DNA of 64,000 nt from the human T2T-CHM13v2.0 reference genome, Homo sapiens. The notes below the pieces were generated by a model. That model saw only the letters and a program-made list of their open reading frames with translations, did no database searches and had not been told where the DNA came from. This document shows positions 31,751 through 47,596 of this stretch, piece after piece; position 1 is the stretch's first letter; every line of letters begins with the position of its first letter. The position numbers were made by a program, and so were the translations under genes. Location: assembly GCF_009914755.1 (NCBI RefSeq), contig NC_060926.1. The stretch is one strand, 5' to 3'.

Positions 31751-32122
31751 CTGACTTCCAAATAATTATAAATATTAACTACTACTGCTAATAATATTTT
31801 GCTAATACCATCTCTTATGTATTTTCATTTTAATTGGGGACAATGTCTTTTTAGCCAAAGGACTGAGTTTATGATGACAGAACTTCAGGTCACTGAAAAA
31901 GCGTGAGACACGTTTCTGATACTTCTTACATTACAGTGAACAGGAAACCCCTAACTCCACCTATAGCGTGAGCTTTGTTTTATCCCTATATGACTGAAGA
32001 AAGCACAGACAAGGGTAACAAAAAAACAAGGCCTGCAGCAAAATCACCATTTAAAAAATATCATCACTACCAAAATAATTTCATGTCTTACTGCTTTTAG
32101 TTTTTTTGAAGGGCATACTTAC

Positions 32123-32308
32123 ATCACCAGAAGGAGGAACAAAATAGATGCCACTTGAGTCGAACTTATAGTCTGAATTTTCAACTAATTCGGGATTGAA
32201 GAATTTGTTTAGAATGCTGCGCAGCGTGCGCCGGTCCCAGTCATCGGTCACTCTGCCTCCGTAATTGCATTCGCCAGTCATGTACCGCAGAGCCTCATAC
32301 GGCAGTTC
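32123..32308 (-). CDS. DNAH7: DNAH7 coding exon (probably 59), 186 nt, [27 protein letters not shown]...PPSGD
   Basis: Acceptor ttttag|GAA, donor GAT|gtaagt; YGGRVTD motif. Confidence 0.96.
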
Positions 32309-32678
32309 CTAAAATAGTGCGTGTCAGTCAACCAGTTATCAGTAGCATGTTATACAGAATCGTGTTTCTTGTTTTTTCCTATTACTAAATTAAACATCTT
32401 ACAAAAAGTTCGCATTAACACAACTTCCCTTCGTATGCTTCCCTGCTAATTGTTGCCATTTTTCCCAGGGCCGTTCACTTCTTTTCTGGCTTTTTATTTC
32501 CATCCAGTCAATGCTGAGAATGGAATTCCTCTATTAAGTTGTGAATTTATTGTCTATTCAACCAAAATTATTTCAACACCTACTATGTGCCAGATACGAA
32601 TGAATTAGATCATAATATCATCTATGAAAACTTTGCACAGCTGAGTGACATGCAAAGCAGATAGAGTGTAATTCAGAG

Positions 32679-32948
32679 GGCCGGGCATGGTGGCTCACAA
32701 CTGTAATCCCAGCACTTTGAGAGGCCAAGGCGAGAGAATCACTTGAGCCCAGTAGTTTGAGAACAGCCTGGGCAACATGGGGAGACCCTGTCCCTACCAA
32801 AAAAAAAAAAGTAACCAGGTATAGTAGCACATGCCTATAGTCCCAGCTAGGGAAAGGGCTGAGGTAGGAGGATCGAAGCTGCAGTGAACAATAATTGTGC
32901 CACTACTCTCCAGCCTGGGTGACAGAGCAAGACCCTGTCTGGAAAAAA

Positions 32949-32965
<17 letters not shown>
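32679..32965 (+). mobile_element. Alu (AluJ-like)
   Basis: Dimer with long poly(A). Confidence 0.88.
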
Positions 32966-33006
<41 letters not shown>

Positions 33007-33095
33007 TATATATACACATATATATATACACATATATATACACATATATATATACACATATATATACACATATATATATACACATATATATATAT
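32943..33095. repeat. Compound microsatellite: poly(A), (TA)n, (CA)n, then ~12-bp CACATATATATA units
   Basis: Directly visible. Confidence 0.95.
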
Positions 33096-33155
33096 AATAA
33101 AACTCAGAGATCAGCAGTGTTACTTCACCACCTTTCAATATCCATATATATTTGA

Positions 33156-33494
<339 letters not shown>

Positions 33495-33958
33495 GACTGT
33501 ACACTTTTTTTTCCACAAATTCCTATATGACTTCTTTTACAATTTCATAAAACATTCTTTGAAAATACTATTTTAATAACTGTTTTCTAATATTAAACAC
33601 TTTCATTGCTTCTAATTTTTTAGTGTGCTGAATCATGTTCATTAAATATACATTTCTTAAAATGTCTAATGATTCTTCAGTCTAGATTCCTGAAAAGGAA
33701 ATTACTATTTTCTTTCCAAAGAAAGAAGCTTATAAAAAGCAATTTATAAACATTACCAGTCTGCTTTTCCAAAAAGCTGAAGCATTTGTAGCAGCCAGTT
33801 TTAAAATCTTTGCTAATATGGTAGGTCAATAATATTATTTTAATTTGCATTTCTAGAACAATAGTGAGGTCCACAATTATTTCATATGTTTTATAATATT
33901 TGTTGTTTTTTTTTTAAACTAGCCTCCTATCTACTTTTCCTATTAAAGTATCGTAGGG

Positions 33959-34256
33959 TTTTTTTTGTTTGTTTTTTGAGTCAGAGTCTTGCTCTGTCAC
34001 CCGGGCTGGAGTACAGTGGTGTGATAAGGGCTCACTGTCTCCACCTCCAGGGTTAAAGAGATCCTCCTACCTCAGCCTCTCAAGTAGCTGAGACTACAGA
34101 TATATGCCACCATGCCCGGCTAATTTTTGTATTTTATGTAATGGTGGGGTTTCACCATGTTGCCCAGGCTGGCCTCGAACTCCCAGGCTCAGGCAATCCA
34201 CTGCCTCAGCCTCCCAAAGTGCTGGGATTACAGGCATGAACCACTGCACCCTGCCC
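33959..34256 (-). mobile_element. Alu (AluJb-like)
   Basis: Dimer; cctattaaagt on both flanks. Confidence 0.88.
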
Positions 34257-34817
34257 TATTAAAGTTTTAATAGTACTTCTTTGTATATACTCTTTTATAA
34301 ACTGACTTTTATTTTTCAAATTTGTGGAAATATTTTTTCTACTTAGTTTTAAAAAGTATTTTATTATGTTCTTTAGTGTATAGAATTTTTAGTTTATGAA
34401 TGCAATGGTGTTGATTTTTCACATTGCAATTTATTTTATCCTGAGCATAAATACTCACACACCCACTAGCAGTACAGAAAATTCTATTTCTCACTACTCT
34501 CAAGAAAACAGAGTATTATCATTTAGGAAAATAATTGATAATAAAACAATATAATTATTTTTAATTTTGATTTTGACATTGGCACTCTCAAAATTTTTAT
34601 TCACCATTTGTATTTCTTATTTTATAAATTATTCACTCTGATCTATGTTTTTCTAATTTAAATGGTTATCTTCTTTTTCTTATTCAAAAGCTCTTTGTAA
34701 AAACTGAATCAGTCTTTCAGATAAAATTTTAAATATTTTATCCATTTTGATTTATCTTTTACTTCTATGATGTTTATGATAGTTTAATATAGCAATATTT
34801 AAAAATATTTTATGCTA

Positions 34818-35202
<385 letters not shown>

Positions 35203-36322
35203 TTACAGTAACCTACTAAAATCTAAAGTGCATAGATCTGACATTCTAGTGATCCCACTTTGAGCAAACCTTTCAAGTAGAAACAGTAGCACTAGGGTAA
35301 GTAGTAGTGATTAGAGAGGGGAAATTTATTGAATTAGATGCTGGAAATTATAAGACTTGTTATTTGGTAGAACTAGAACTTAAGGCAGTGAATTTAGGAG
35401 AACACGTGTCAGTGACAAAGCCCTTGTGAAAAAAAAAACAAATCAAATCAGGAAGAATTGCAGAACATTTATATGCTTCCAACTGCAAATGTGAGTGGAG
35501 TTTGATGATACACACACTGCCTGGGCTTGCGCTGTTGACAGGCCCTCACCCCATAAAAATGAAGTACAATAAGAAAATGAAATATAATAAGAAAACTCAA
35601 TGCAAATCAAATAAGTAGTAAATGAGGTAGAGGTGGATCAGCTAGCCCCTGAGAAGGCTTTGTGATGTAGACATAGATGAGATATGGAGGAGGAGAATTT
35701 CATAAGGGTTAAACTTGGCCAACATGCCCCTGAGAGTCCATGAGGTAAATGCTATCTGTTGTTTCTCTCAGAAGTTTGGTCAAATCCAGGGCCAATTAAA
35801 TTGAGGAGTGTTTTCCCCAGGGGTGGGTGGGTTGGTGGGCATGTAGATTACTAAAGTTTCTAGAAATAGTGGCAGTTTGCTGCTTGGATTGCTTCCCTGT
35901 TCCTTGTTACAAGAGGGTTGAGACAATGAGCAGCAGGAGAGAGTAGGTGAAAACAGGGCTTGAAGTCAACAACTAGTATTCATGGTTATATAAGAAGTTC
36001 GTTTTAACCTTAACTAGCAAAACACACACACACACAAAATCTTAGTTATCAAAAAGGGGAAATGCTGTGTAAGTGGTCATTAAAATGAAGATCTCTATCT
36101 ACTTTGAAAGTTATCCACAACATATGTAGGTAAAAAAAAGTAAGCTGAAGATAAATATGTACACTATAATAATGTTTTTGAGAAAAAATTATGTGTGTAT
36201 TGTGTTTATATATGTGTATCTATATATGCACAGGAAAATGTCCAGGCACATATGCCCCAGGATGTGAAAATGGTTGCCTTGGGGATCAGTTAGGGTCAGA
36301 ATGAGGGGTGAGAGGTGGGTCT

Positions 36323-36325
<3 letters not shown>

Positions 36326-36374
<49 letters not shown>
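36326..36374. repeat. (CA)n microsatellite, ~24 units
   Basis: Directly visible. Confidence 0.97.
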
Positions 36375-36379
<5 letters not shown>

Positions 36380-37648
36380 ACCCCTACCAAAACAAGAATG
36401 ACAACGCAATTGCCCATCTGCCAAGTAGATAATATATATCCACCTAAATTTTCTTCTTTTACACTTTTAATTTTTTCTATTTAGTCTTTTTGGATCCAAC
36501 AGAAATTATATATGAAGAATCCACTTTAGCAAATAACCAATTATTCTAACTTCATTTATCGAATACCTCTTCCATTTCTAATGTTGATTGTTCAAGAAGG
36601 AGTGCATTAGACTTAATAATGTCAAAGGGAGCTATGAATCCACATTCCGCAAAGAATCCCTCTTTAACTCATGATGAAGTATACATGACTCAAGTATAGC
36701 AGTTTTGGCAAGTTTGCAATACAATTACTATGCTGGAGGAATTGTGAAGCACTTGCTGACTTGTCATTTAATAGAAGGAACCACTTTGGTCAGTGAAACA
36801 TGTCATTTAAAGATTCTTGAAGAAAGTGAAATAGCTCATACTTGTACCACATAATTATTTATCATTTTTTATTTAATACATTTAAATATCATATTCTTTC
36901 ACTATAAATGAACTAAAAGAACCACAGAAAAACGTGTAAATTAGCCATTTTTTTCCAAAAAAAATCGTATTATTTCTGCGAAGTCCTGAAAGTTAGATGG
37001 AGTTCAGCATTTAAAAAGACATAACACTTTTGAAATTACTGTTGCAAATCCAACAGGCACTTAATTTATTCTCTCCAGCATTTAACAGGATGAACTATTC
37101 TTGATACTCTTTATTTACTCAGCTTGCTCGCTCCTGCTTTTTTTCCTGGCTGCACCATCTGCCCTCCATGTCTTCTGTTCTCTCTCCTACCATTGTGTTT
37201 TGGTGCTCACCAACATACAATCTTTGTTCTCTTCTTTTTCTACAGCACAAGGCCCCCCCTTTAAATCTCATCTATTTTCAGGCTTCTCCTAACACTTGAA
37301 TAACCTATAAATCTCTATTTTGTGCTCTCTCTTCCCTTGAGTTTTATATCTATATGCCAAGAGCCTAAAAGACATTTTTACCTGGATATCCACTCGCCCA
37401 TCTGCTCTATACCTATTAATGCCTGGTTCTATTCCCTGTCTGGATTAATGAATGAAATCACCACCAATCCACACCAGAAAACTCACATCAACCAAGGCTT
37501 CTCCCTCTCCCTTTACCATTGAATATATAAGTCATTTCAATCCTTTCCCCTACATATCCATTGTATCTCTACCATGTTCCCTAATCTTGCTCAAATGATT
37601 TCGTTTAGACTCTTATCGTTATCTGCCTGGGTTATCATGATAGTCTCC

Positions 37649-38079
37649 TGTATTACTTTTCTATGACACCAATAGGTGGCTTAAAATGATAGAAATTTAT
37701 TTTCTAACAGTGCTGGAGCCTAAAAGTCTGAAATCAAGGGACTGGCAGGCCACACTCTCTCTCAAGCCTCTGTAAGGATCTTTCCCAGCCTCCTCTAGTT
37801 GTAGCTCCAGGTGTTCCTTGGCTTGTGGCAGCACAACTCAAGTCTCTGCCTCTGTCTTCACATGGCTGTCTTCCTTCTCTGGGTGTGTTCAGATTTCTCT
37901 CTTTTTATAATGACACTAGTCATATTAGATTAACGGCCCAACCTACTCCCACATGACCACATTTTAACTTAACTAGTTACACTCACAATGACCCCATCCC
38001 AAAATAATGTCACATTCTGAATTACCATGGATTAAGACTTCAACATGTCTTTTACAGGGACACAATTCAACTCCTAGTA
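37649..38079 (-). mobile_element. MaLR solo LTR (MLT1B/C-like) within degraded L2 sequence
   Basis: MLT1 motifs (ttccttggcttgtggcagc..tctctgcctctgtcttcacatgg, gggacacaattcaac); 5-bp TSD tctcc at 37644-37648 and 38080-38084. Confidence 0.8.
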
Positions 38080-38269
38080 TCTCCTAAAACCAGCCTGCCA
38101 GCTAAGTCTCTCTAAATCCACTCTCCATTCTGTTGTAAGAGTGATCTTCCTAAAAGGCAAAAATAGTCTCCAAAAAGCACACCAATAACAACAGAATAAC
38201 CACCAAATTAGTTGGCATGGCATAACGTTCCAAATCACTCACAGTTAACCAAATTTTTTCACTGATTTG

Positions 38270-40105
38270 TACTTTTTTTTTTTAAGACTATTTTTAAAGA
38301 ACAGTTTTAGGTTCACAACAAAACGGAACAAAAGGTATGGGGATTTCCCACATATTCCCTGTCCCCATACCTGCACAGCCTCCCCCAGTATCAACATCCA
38401 TGACCAAAGTGGCACACGTCTTACAAATGATGAGCCTACACTGACACATCATTCATGAGGACTCGAAGTCCACAGCTGACATTAGGGTTCACTCCTAGGG
38501 TTGTACATCCTATGGATTTGGACAGATTCATAATGCTGTGTATCTACCATTACAGTATCATATAGAATATTTTTGCTGCCCTAAATAAAAATCATCTGTG
38601 TTCTACCTATTCATTTTTTTTTCCTACCTAAGCCTTGGGAACCAATAATCATTTCACTGTCTCCACAATTTTGCCTTTTTCAGGATGTCATATAGTCGAA
38701 ATCACAGACTACGCAGGCTTTTTAGACTGTATTCTCCCACTTAGCAATATGCATTTAAGTTTTCTCCATGTCATTTTATGGTTTAATAGCTTATTTCTTT
38801 TTAGCACGGAATAATATCCCATTGTCTGAATGTATCACAGTTTATCCATTCACCTACTAAAGGACATCTTGGTTGCTTCCAAGTTTTGCCAATTATGAAT
38901 AAAGCTTCTACACATCTATATGCAGGTATTTGTGTGGACCTAAGTTTTCAACTGCACTGGGAAAATACAAAGGAGCATGATTGCTGGATCATATGGTAAA
39001 AGGATGTTTAGTTTTATAAGAAACTGCTAAAGTATCTTCCATAGTGGCTGTACCCACACCAGCAATTAATGAGAGTTCCTGCTGCTCCACATCCTTGTTA
39101 GCATTTGGTGGTGTCAATGTTCCAGATTTTGGTCATTCTAATAGATGTGTAATGGTCTCTCATTGTTTTAGTTTTTATTTCTCTGATGACATATAATGTG
39201 GACCATCTTTTATATGCTTATCATATTGTATATATTTATTACTGAGATGTCTGTTAATATCTTTGACCCTTTTTTTTTTTTTTTTTGAGATGGAGTCTCG
39301 CTCTGTCACCCAGGCTGGAGTGCAGTGGGCATGATCTCGGCTCACTGCAAGCTCCGCCTCCCGGTTTCACGCCATTCTCCTGCCTCAGCCTCCCGAGTAG
39401 CTGGGACTACAGGCTTGTGCCATCACGCCCGGCTAATTTTTTGTATTTTTAGTAGAGACGGGGTTTCACCGTGTTAGTCAGGATGATCTCGATCTCCTGA
39501 CCTCGTGATCTGCCTGCCTTGGCCTCCCAAAGTGCTGGGATTACAGGCGTGAGCCACCGCACCCGGCCGACCCATTTTTAAACCAGGAATTTTGTTTCCT
39601 TATTGTTGAGTTTTAAGAGTTTGTTGGATATTTTGGATAAGAGTCCTTTTTCGGATACGTCTTTTACAAACATTTTCTCTCAGTCTGTCTGTGTGTGTGT
39701 GTGTTTTTAATTTAATTTAATTTATTTTTTTAAGACAGGGTCTTGTTTAGCTAGGACTTGTATTAGCTAGGACTTCTAGTACAATGTCGAAAGCAGTAGT
39801 GAGAAAGGATATCATTGCCTTGTTCCTGATCTTGGTGGGAAAGCTTCTAGTTTCTCTCCATTTAAGTACAATTAGCTGTAGGTTTTTTGTATGTTTGTTT
39901 AATCAAGTTGAGGATGCTCCCCTCCATTCCTAGTTTACTGAGAGCTTTTTTTTTTTTTTTTTGCTTGTTGTTTTAAATCATGAATGAGTTGGATTTTTTC
40001 AGATGTTTTTTCTGCATCTATCGATATGATCATGTGGTTTTTCTTCTTCAGCCTTCTAATTCATTAACTGAATTTGTAATGTTAAACCAGTCTCGCATAC
40101 CTGCA
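38270..40105 (-). mobile_element. Old L1 (L1MC/MB-like) 3' region plus an ORF2 fragment, same orientation as DNAH7
   Basis: Antisense L1 motifs (aggacatcttggttgcttccaagtttt, gattgctggatcatatggtaa); interrupted by an AluY and a deletion junction. Confidence 0.75.
39270..39568 (-). mobile_element. AluY
   Basis: Diagnostic gcaagctccgcc..ttcacgccattctcc; CpG-rich. Confidence 0.92.
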
Positions 40106-41364
40106 TACTTTTAACTGACTCTTCACTAAATAATATTTTAAATTAGAATATACCCTACAAGTGTTCAGAACAAATTCCTAAATGGAAGAGCTTCTCATCC
40201 TTTTTTATTTTTTTTGTTTTGAAAAGTGTAATTATAGCTCGAATACTTCCTCAGGCACTGTATCACTGCATTTTTGCTCCCTTATTAGTGTATTTTTTGG
40301 ATAAATGTTACTACAAGAACAAAGCTCATTAAATTTATGATTCTTTTGAATATTTTGTCAAATTTAGATGCTGCAGAATTGAGGGCTTTCTGAATTCATT
40401 CTATAGAATAAGAATTTGTCTGATGAAACACAGAAGCCCAAATAAAAGATTCTTCACATAAGTTTAGATACACCATCTGAACTCTCAGTATTTATTTTGT
40501 TCAGTTTCTTCTTTACTTTTATAGAGATAGAATCCAATGCCTTCCTGTTTGTAAGCCTCTTTAAAAAGTCATAATTTACTAAGTTTCAAAAACCAAAACT
40601 TTTTCATACTCAATTGACGAAATGATTTAGTTATAGATTTCAAACTAAATTTGAACAAAATTGTCAAAACTTAGAGGATTAACTTTCAGAAAAAGGCCTC
40701 ATATTTTTATAGGACATTTGGGTTTATTTACCAAGTGCTTCTTCAAAGGTACAGGCATGTCAAAAATCCCATTGATAAATAGCAAAGAGAGAAAGGGTAC
40801 CGCCATGCTGCATGTGTATGAGTACATCAGAACTGGAGAGGCTGAAATGTGGTCTATGTGACAACATTAGGCTGTTCGGCTTCTTTCCACAGTCTATACC
40901 CCAGGTTAACACCAATGGCTTAAATAGATTTTTTTTTTTTTTTTCCTGACAAATGGTCCAAGCTCTGGAATAATGGTATAACGACATTTCCCTAAAAATA
41001 AAGTCATACTCCACAAAGGAAGACAACTGGTCTGTTTGTTTTTCACATTTTGGAACCTGGTTAATAGTCTTCTCAAGTCCTTTTCAAAATAAGTATAATA
41101 TTATCATTTTTTGGATCTCCCTAAGTGTTTGTGTGTCAAAATAAATGATATATCATGGGTTTCTAATAGACAAACTGATGTCCTAACTACCTAGTATAGC
41201 AGTTATAATACCCTATTACAATAAAGTACTACTTAATAAGCTGTTGGGAACTACTCTCCTATTCATTTCATAAGAGTAGAAATTAATCAGAAGTGCCCAC
41301 TTACTATAACACACTTATAACATGATAAAGAGCAACATAGGTAATGTCCTTGCTGTGATTTTTA

Positions 41365-41598
<234 letters not shown>

Positions 41599-44500
41599 TT
41601 AAAATGAAAGCAAATTTCTTTCATTTATAAATAGCATAGGGACATATTCATCCCAAATTACAATTATAACAGAGTTAAGTATGTTTCTACAGCTTTTCAA
41701 GCAAAGTATGTCCGTCTGTGTATATGTTCACATAGCTATGCACACATAGCTGTGTACCCCAGGTTTTTAGGAAGCATGGGAGGCTCATCTAACTTAATGC
41801 TGCGTTACAGATTTTTGAGGTCCTTACTGAAGCATCATAAGGCAACATGTAACAATTCCAACGTGTGCTCCCAGATCACCATGGAGAAATGTTAAAGGAG
41901 ATAATTCGAACCGATTAGAGGTCTCTAAAACCCACGAGGAGAATAGGAAACAAGGAAAATAGAACTTTAAAGAGGATTTGTGAAGAGATTTCCTGGGAGG
42001 GAACAGCTGTTATGCTGGGAGTCCCCTTCCCCTAATCCCCAGTAGGGAGGGTTGTGTGGGGTCTACCCTCTAAGTTCGAGTTAGTGAGAAGGAATTGATG
42101 GGGCCACCTGGAGAGCTGACACATGTCCCCTGCAGCTGGGGCAGGGTGGAAAGTAGGGAGAGGATGGTAAAAGTGAAGTCGCCACACTCCTCCAACAGTG
42201 GGCCCATCCAGTGGGAATCCCAAGGAGCAGACGGAGAGTGTGGGCTGAGAATGGGAGCTGGGGGTCATTTTAAAGGTGCCCTGGTTAAGAAGACTTCTGC
42301 CACGGGGTGAGGAAACCCCAAGGGTAAGAGCCTGTATGAAGGGAGTGCTGGAGAACCAGAAGCTGAGGAGGATTTGGAGTAGCCATCTTGAGTAGAGACA
42401 CTGCCAAAGGTGACAGAGTCACAGTCACAGAAGTCCAGCAGGGGAGCCTAAGGAGAACCCATGAAAACACTCACAAGAGATTTCACAAAGAGCTCAAGGG
42501 TCAGCTTTAAATGATTTGCCAAGTCCAGAGAGCTGTAGGCAATAGCAGCCGCCATCAGGAATTTCTGCCTCTCCCAGCCTTGCCCTCACACACACTTGGA
42601 GCTGAGCAGTCAGTATCAGCAGCTATCAAGTGCAGGAGGAGTCACAAGAAGAAAGATGCCAACTCCATCTTCCCCCAAGGGCAGGAAGGCCACCAACTAC
42701 AAGCCCAAGGTGAGACACTGGGAAGTGGAAACCTAGATTTTGAATAAAAGTTGAAGTAATGATCAATATATTACATTATACTTCTTGGTTTCTGAATCAA
42801 GGCTGGCTTTACAATTTAAAATGACTACAGAACACTTTACTACCTAACAGTAACCAGAAAAGTCAAAGAAATGGCATTTTATACAAGAGCAGGGGAAGGG
42901 TTTCCCTCACAGAATAACTTTGAAAGGTAGAGTGGGAGACAAAAAAAAAGTTGCATAAATTTAACCACAGAGGTAGTTAAACATGCTGGGCTAATTCTGG
43001 ACTATTTTCAATATATTAGAGAATTGAGCAAATCAGTAAATGTGCTGATGTGTTGAAAACCAGGCTTCTCATTGCAGAAGAAGGGACATACAAATATGGA
43101 ATGAGGAAAAGCAAAAAAGATATCTGAGAAGAGTGACTGAAATTGGAGGTATTAGTATGAATTCATCACTTCTAAAATATGTATGTAGTATTTATGTGCA
43201 CATGAACTTGTCTGCATGTATGTGTATTTGTATATTTGCATGTATGTGTGCATGTATATTTGTATATTTGTGTATGTGTGTACATGTATATACTTCCAAG
43301 TTCTCTCCACTGAAAGAGTCAAGAAAATACAGACAGATAATGCAGTAGCAATAAGCTCCTCTAACACCCAAACCATGCTCTCTAATGCCATTCTCCATTA
43401 AAAGGAAATGGGATTCTTCAGAAAAATGGCTGATTCCAGGGCTGGGGCAAGATAGGTACACCATGAGCCTGGAACATCTTATGCCAGAAAGTAAGAGGTA
43501 CTACTGCTACTAATCACCAGATAATAGAATTTTTTTTTTTAATATGGAACCTATACCAAGTACAGAGGAAGCAGTTTGAAGGAGCCCTAACTGACCAACT
43601 CTGGAAGAATCTGAGTACCAAAAGACTCAAGTATAGCAATGAAAATACTTAATGTACCATTGAGGGGAAAAAAAAAGCATAGGAATTCATAGTCCATGCC
43701 AATTAATAGATAAACAAATGGCGGAGAAGGGAGAACTGTTGCTTGTAGTAGAGTGCCAAGTGTCGAATGTGGAAGGGAGCACTCGGGTAGGAAATAATAT
43801 TTTTACAATCATCACAGAATAACTGGATCAGGTAAGAATCATCAATGATTACTAATTCTGGGTTGGGGCTGGATTTTGATGAGGAATGGGATATTTTCAT
43901 GGTGCTAAAGTATCTCCCCCACAGACTGATTATTCCTGGCAAAGGAGAAAGCAGTTATTATACAGTGAGGAAATAAGGCAATACTTTGTCTTGGTGATCA
44001 GAATTAGTATCATCAATGAGGGACAAATGGCATCATGTGCCTCCAGATGTGATCTCTGAGCATACAACATCACCTATGGAATATCTTGGCTAAGAATGAA
44101 TCACCTGAATCTAATCATGAGAAAACATTAAAAAAAAACCCAAAATGAGAAATTTATTAAAAAACAGAGAGGAAGTCCTAGCCAGAGTAAACAGGCAAAA
44201 GAAAAAATAAAAGACATCCAAATAGAAAAAGAAGAAGACAAACTATCTCTCTTTGCTGACAATATGATTCTATACCTAGAAAACACCAAAGACTCTGCCA
44301 AAAGACTCTTAGAACTGATAAATGACTTCAGTAAAGTTTCAGAATACAAAATCAATGTACAAAAATGAGCAGCATTTCCATACACCAATAATGTTCAAGC
44401 TGAAAGCCAAATCAAGGACACAATCCCATTTATAATAGCTGCCTCCCACCCCACACAATACTTAAGAATACATTTAACTAAGGGCTGAAAAATCTCTACA

Positions 44501-45547
44501 AGGAGAACCACAAAACACCGCTGAAAGAAATCACAGGTGACCTAAACAAATGGAAAAACACTCCATGCTCATGGACTGGAAGAATCAATACTGTTAAAAT
44601 GGCCATACACCCCAAAGCAATATACACATTCAACACCATTCCTATCAAACTATCAATCATTTTTCACAGAATTAGAAAAAATTAATTCTACAACTCATAA
44701 AGAACCAAAAACAGCTTGAATAGCCAAAGCAATCCTAAGCAAAAAGAAGAATACCAGAGTCATCGTATTCCCCAACTTTAAATTATATTACAAGGCTACA
44801 GTAACCAAAACAGCATGGTACTGGTTAAAAAAAAAAAAAAAAAGAAAAACAGACACATAGACCAATGGAAGAGAATAGAGAACCCAGAAATAAAGCTGCA
44901 CACCTACAGCCATCTGCTCTTTGACAAAGTTGACAAAAATAAGCAATGGAGAAAAGACTCCCTATTCAATAAATGGTACTGGGATAGCTGGCTAGCCATA
45001 TGCAGAAGAATGAAACTGGATCCCCACATTTCACCATATTCAAAAATTAGCTCAAAATGGATTAAAGACTTCAATGTAAAAACTCAAACTATAAAAATCC
45101 TAGAAGAAAACCAAGGAAATACCCTTCTCAAAATTGGCCTTGGAAAATAATTTTTGGCTAAGTCCTCAAAAGCAGCTGCAACAAAAACAAAAATTGACAA
45201 GTGAGACCTAATTAAACTAAAGAGCTTCTGGAGAGCAAAAGAAACTATCAACAGAGTAAAAAGACAACCTTCAGAATGGGAGAAAATATTTGCAAACTAT
45301 GTATCTGACAATGGTCTAATATCCAGAATCTATAAGGAACTTAAACAATTTAGCAAGCAATAAACAAATAACCCCATTAAAATGGGCAGAAGACATGAAC
45401 AGACACTTCTTAAAAGAAGACTTACAAGTGGCCAAGAAACATAACAAAAAAAGTGCTCCACATCACTAATCATCAGAGAAATGCAAATCAAAACCACCAT
45501 GAGATACCTTCTTATACCAGTCAGAATGGCTATTACTAAAAAGTCAA

Positions 45548-45756
45548 GGCCAGGCTCGGTGGCTCACTCCTGTAATCCCAGCACTTTGGGAGGTGAAGGC
45601 GCGTGGATCACGAGGTCAGGAGATCGAGACCATCCTGGCTAACACAGTGAAACCCCGTCTCTACTAGAAATACAAAAAATTAGCCAGGCGAGGTGGCGGG
45701 CGCCTGTAGTCCCAGCTACTCGGGAGGCTGAAGCAGGAAAAAAAAAAAAAAAAAAA
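45548..45756 (+). mobile_element. AluY-like element lacking the last ~75 bp of the right arm but ending in poly(A)
   Basis: gatcgagaccatcctggctaac; ends gaagcagga + poly(A); TSD aaaaagtcaa. Confidence 0.88.
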
Positions 45757-46246
45757 GTCAAAACACAATGGATGCTGGTGAGGCTGCAGAGAAAAGGGAA
45801 TGCTTATACACTGTTGGTAGGAATGTAAATTAATTTAGCCACTGTGGAAAGCAGTTTGGAGATTTCTTAAATAACTTAAAACAGAACAACCATTCCACCA
45901 AACAATCCCATTACTGTGTGTATATCCAGAGAAGATAAAACATTCTACTCAAAAGACACATGAACTCATATATTCTCAGCACTAATTGCAACAGCAAAGA
46001 CATGGAATCAACCTTAGTGTACATCAATGATGGACTGGATTAAGAAAATGTAGTACTTATACACTGTGGCATACTATGCAGCCATAAAAAAGAATGAAGT
46101 CAGGCCCTTTGCAGCAACATGGATGCAGCTGGAGGCCATTATCCTAAGACAGTTAATGCAGGAGCAGAAAACCAAATACTGCATCTTCTCACTTATAAGT
46201 GGGAGCTAAACATTGGGTAAACACAGACATAAAGAAGGAAACAATA

Positions 46247-46648
<402 letters not shown>

Positions 46649-46755
46649 TCATTCATATCCCAAACCTCAGCATCACTTAATATACCCATTTAACAAACCT
46701 GTAAATGTATCCCCTGAATCTAAAATAAAAGTTGAAAGTACAAAAAAACCAAAAA

Positions 46756-46756
<1 letters not shown>

Positions 46757-46798
<42 letters not shown>
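46757..46798. repeat. (CA)n microsatellite, ~20 units, in the L1 tail
   Basis: Directly visible. Confidence 0.95.
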
Positions 46799-46799
<1 letters not shown>

Positions 46800-47289
46800 T
46801 AAAAAAACAGGGGGAGATGACTTCTTCAGAGATATCAATGTCATAAAAGACAAAGAAAGAATAGGAAAATGTGCCAGATTAAAAGAGACAAAAGAGACGA
46901 GGCAATTAAGTATAATACTGAATACTAGACCAATGCTGTCAGGGACAGGAAATGGATATTACTGCATCAACTGACAAAATTGAAACACAAATGATAGATT
47001 AAATAACAGTGTATCCTTCTTAAACTTATTAAAAGTAATAACTGTACCAGAATAAGATAATATCCCTATTCTTACAAAATTTACACCAAAAAAATGTAAT
47101 GATAAAGGGCCATGATATATCTAACTTATCTAATTTACATGCACCTGATGTGGGGGCAGGGGAGGGATGGTCAGGGGAAGGGGGAGAGAGAGAGAGAGGA
47201 AACACAAATAATAAAGCAAAAGGAATAAAATATTAACAGGAGATGAATATGGGTAAAAAGGTGTAGGGATGTTCCTTGTACTATTGTTA

Positions 47290-47596
<307 letters not shown>

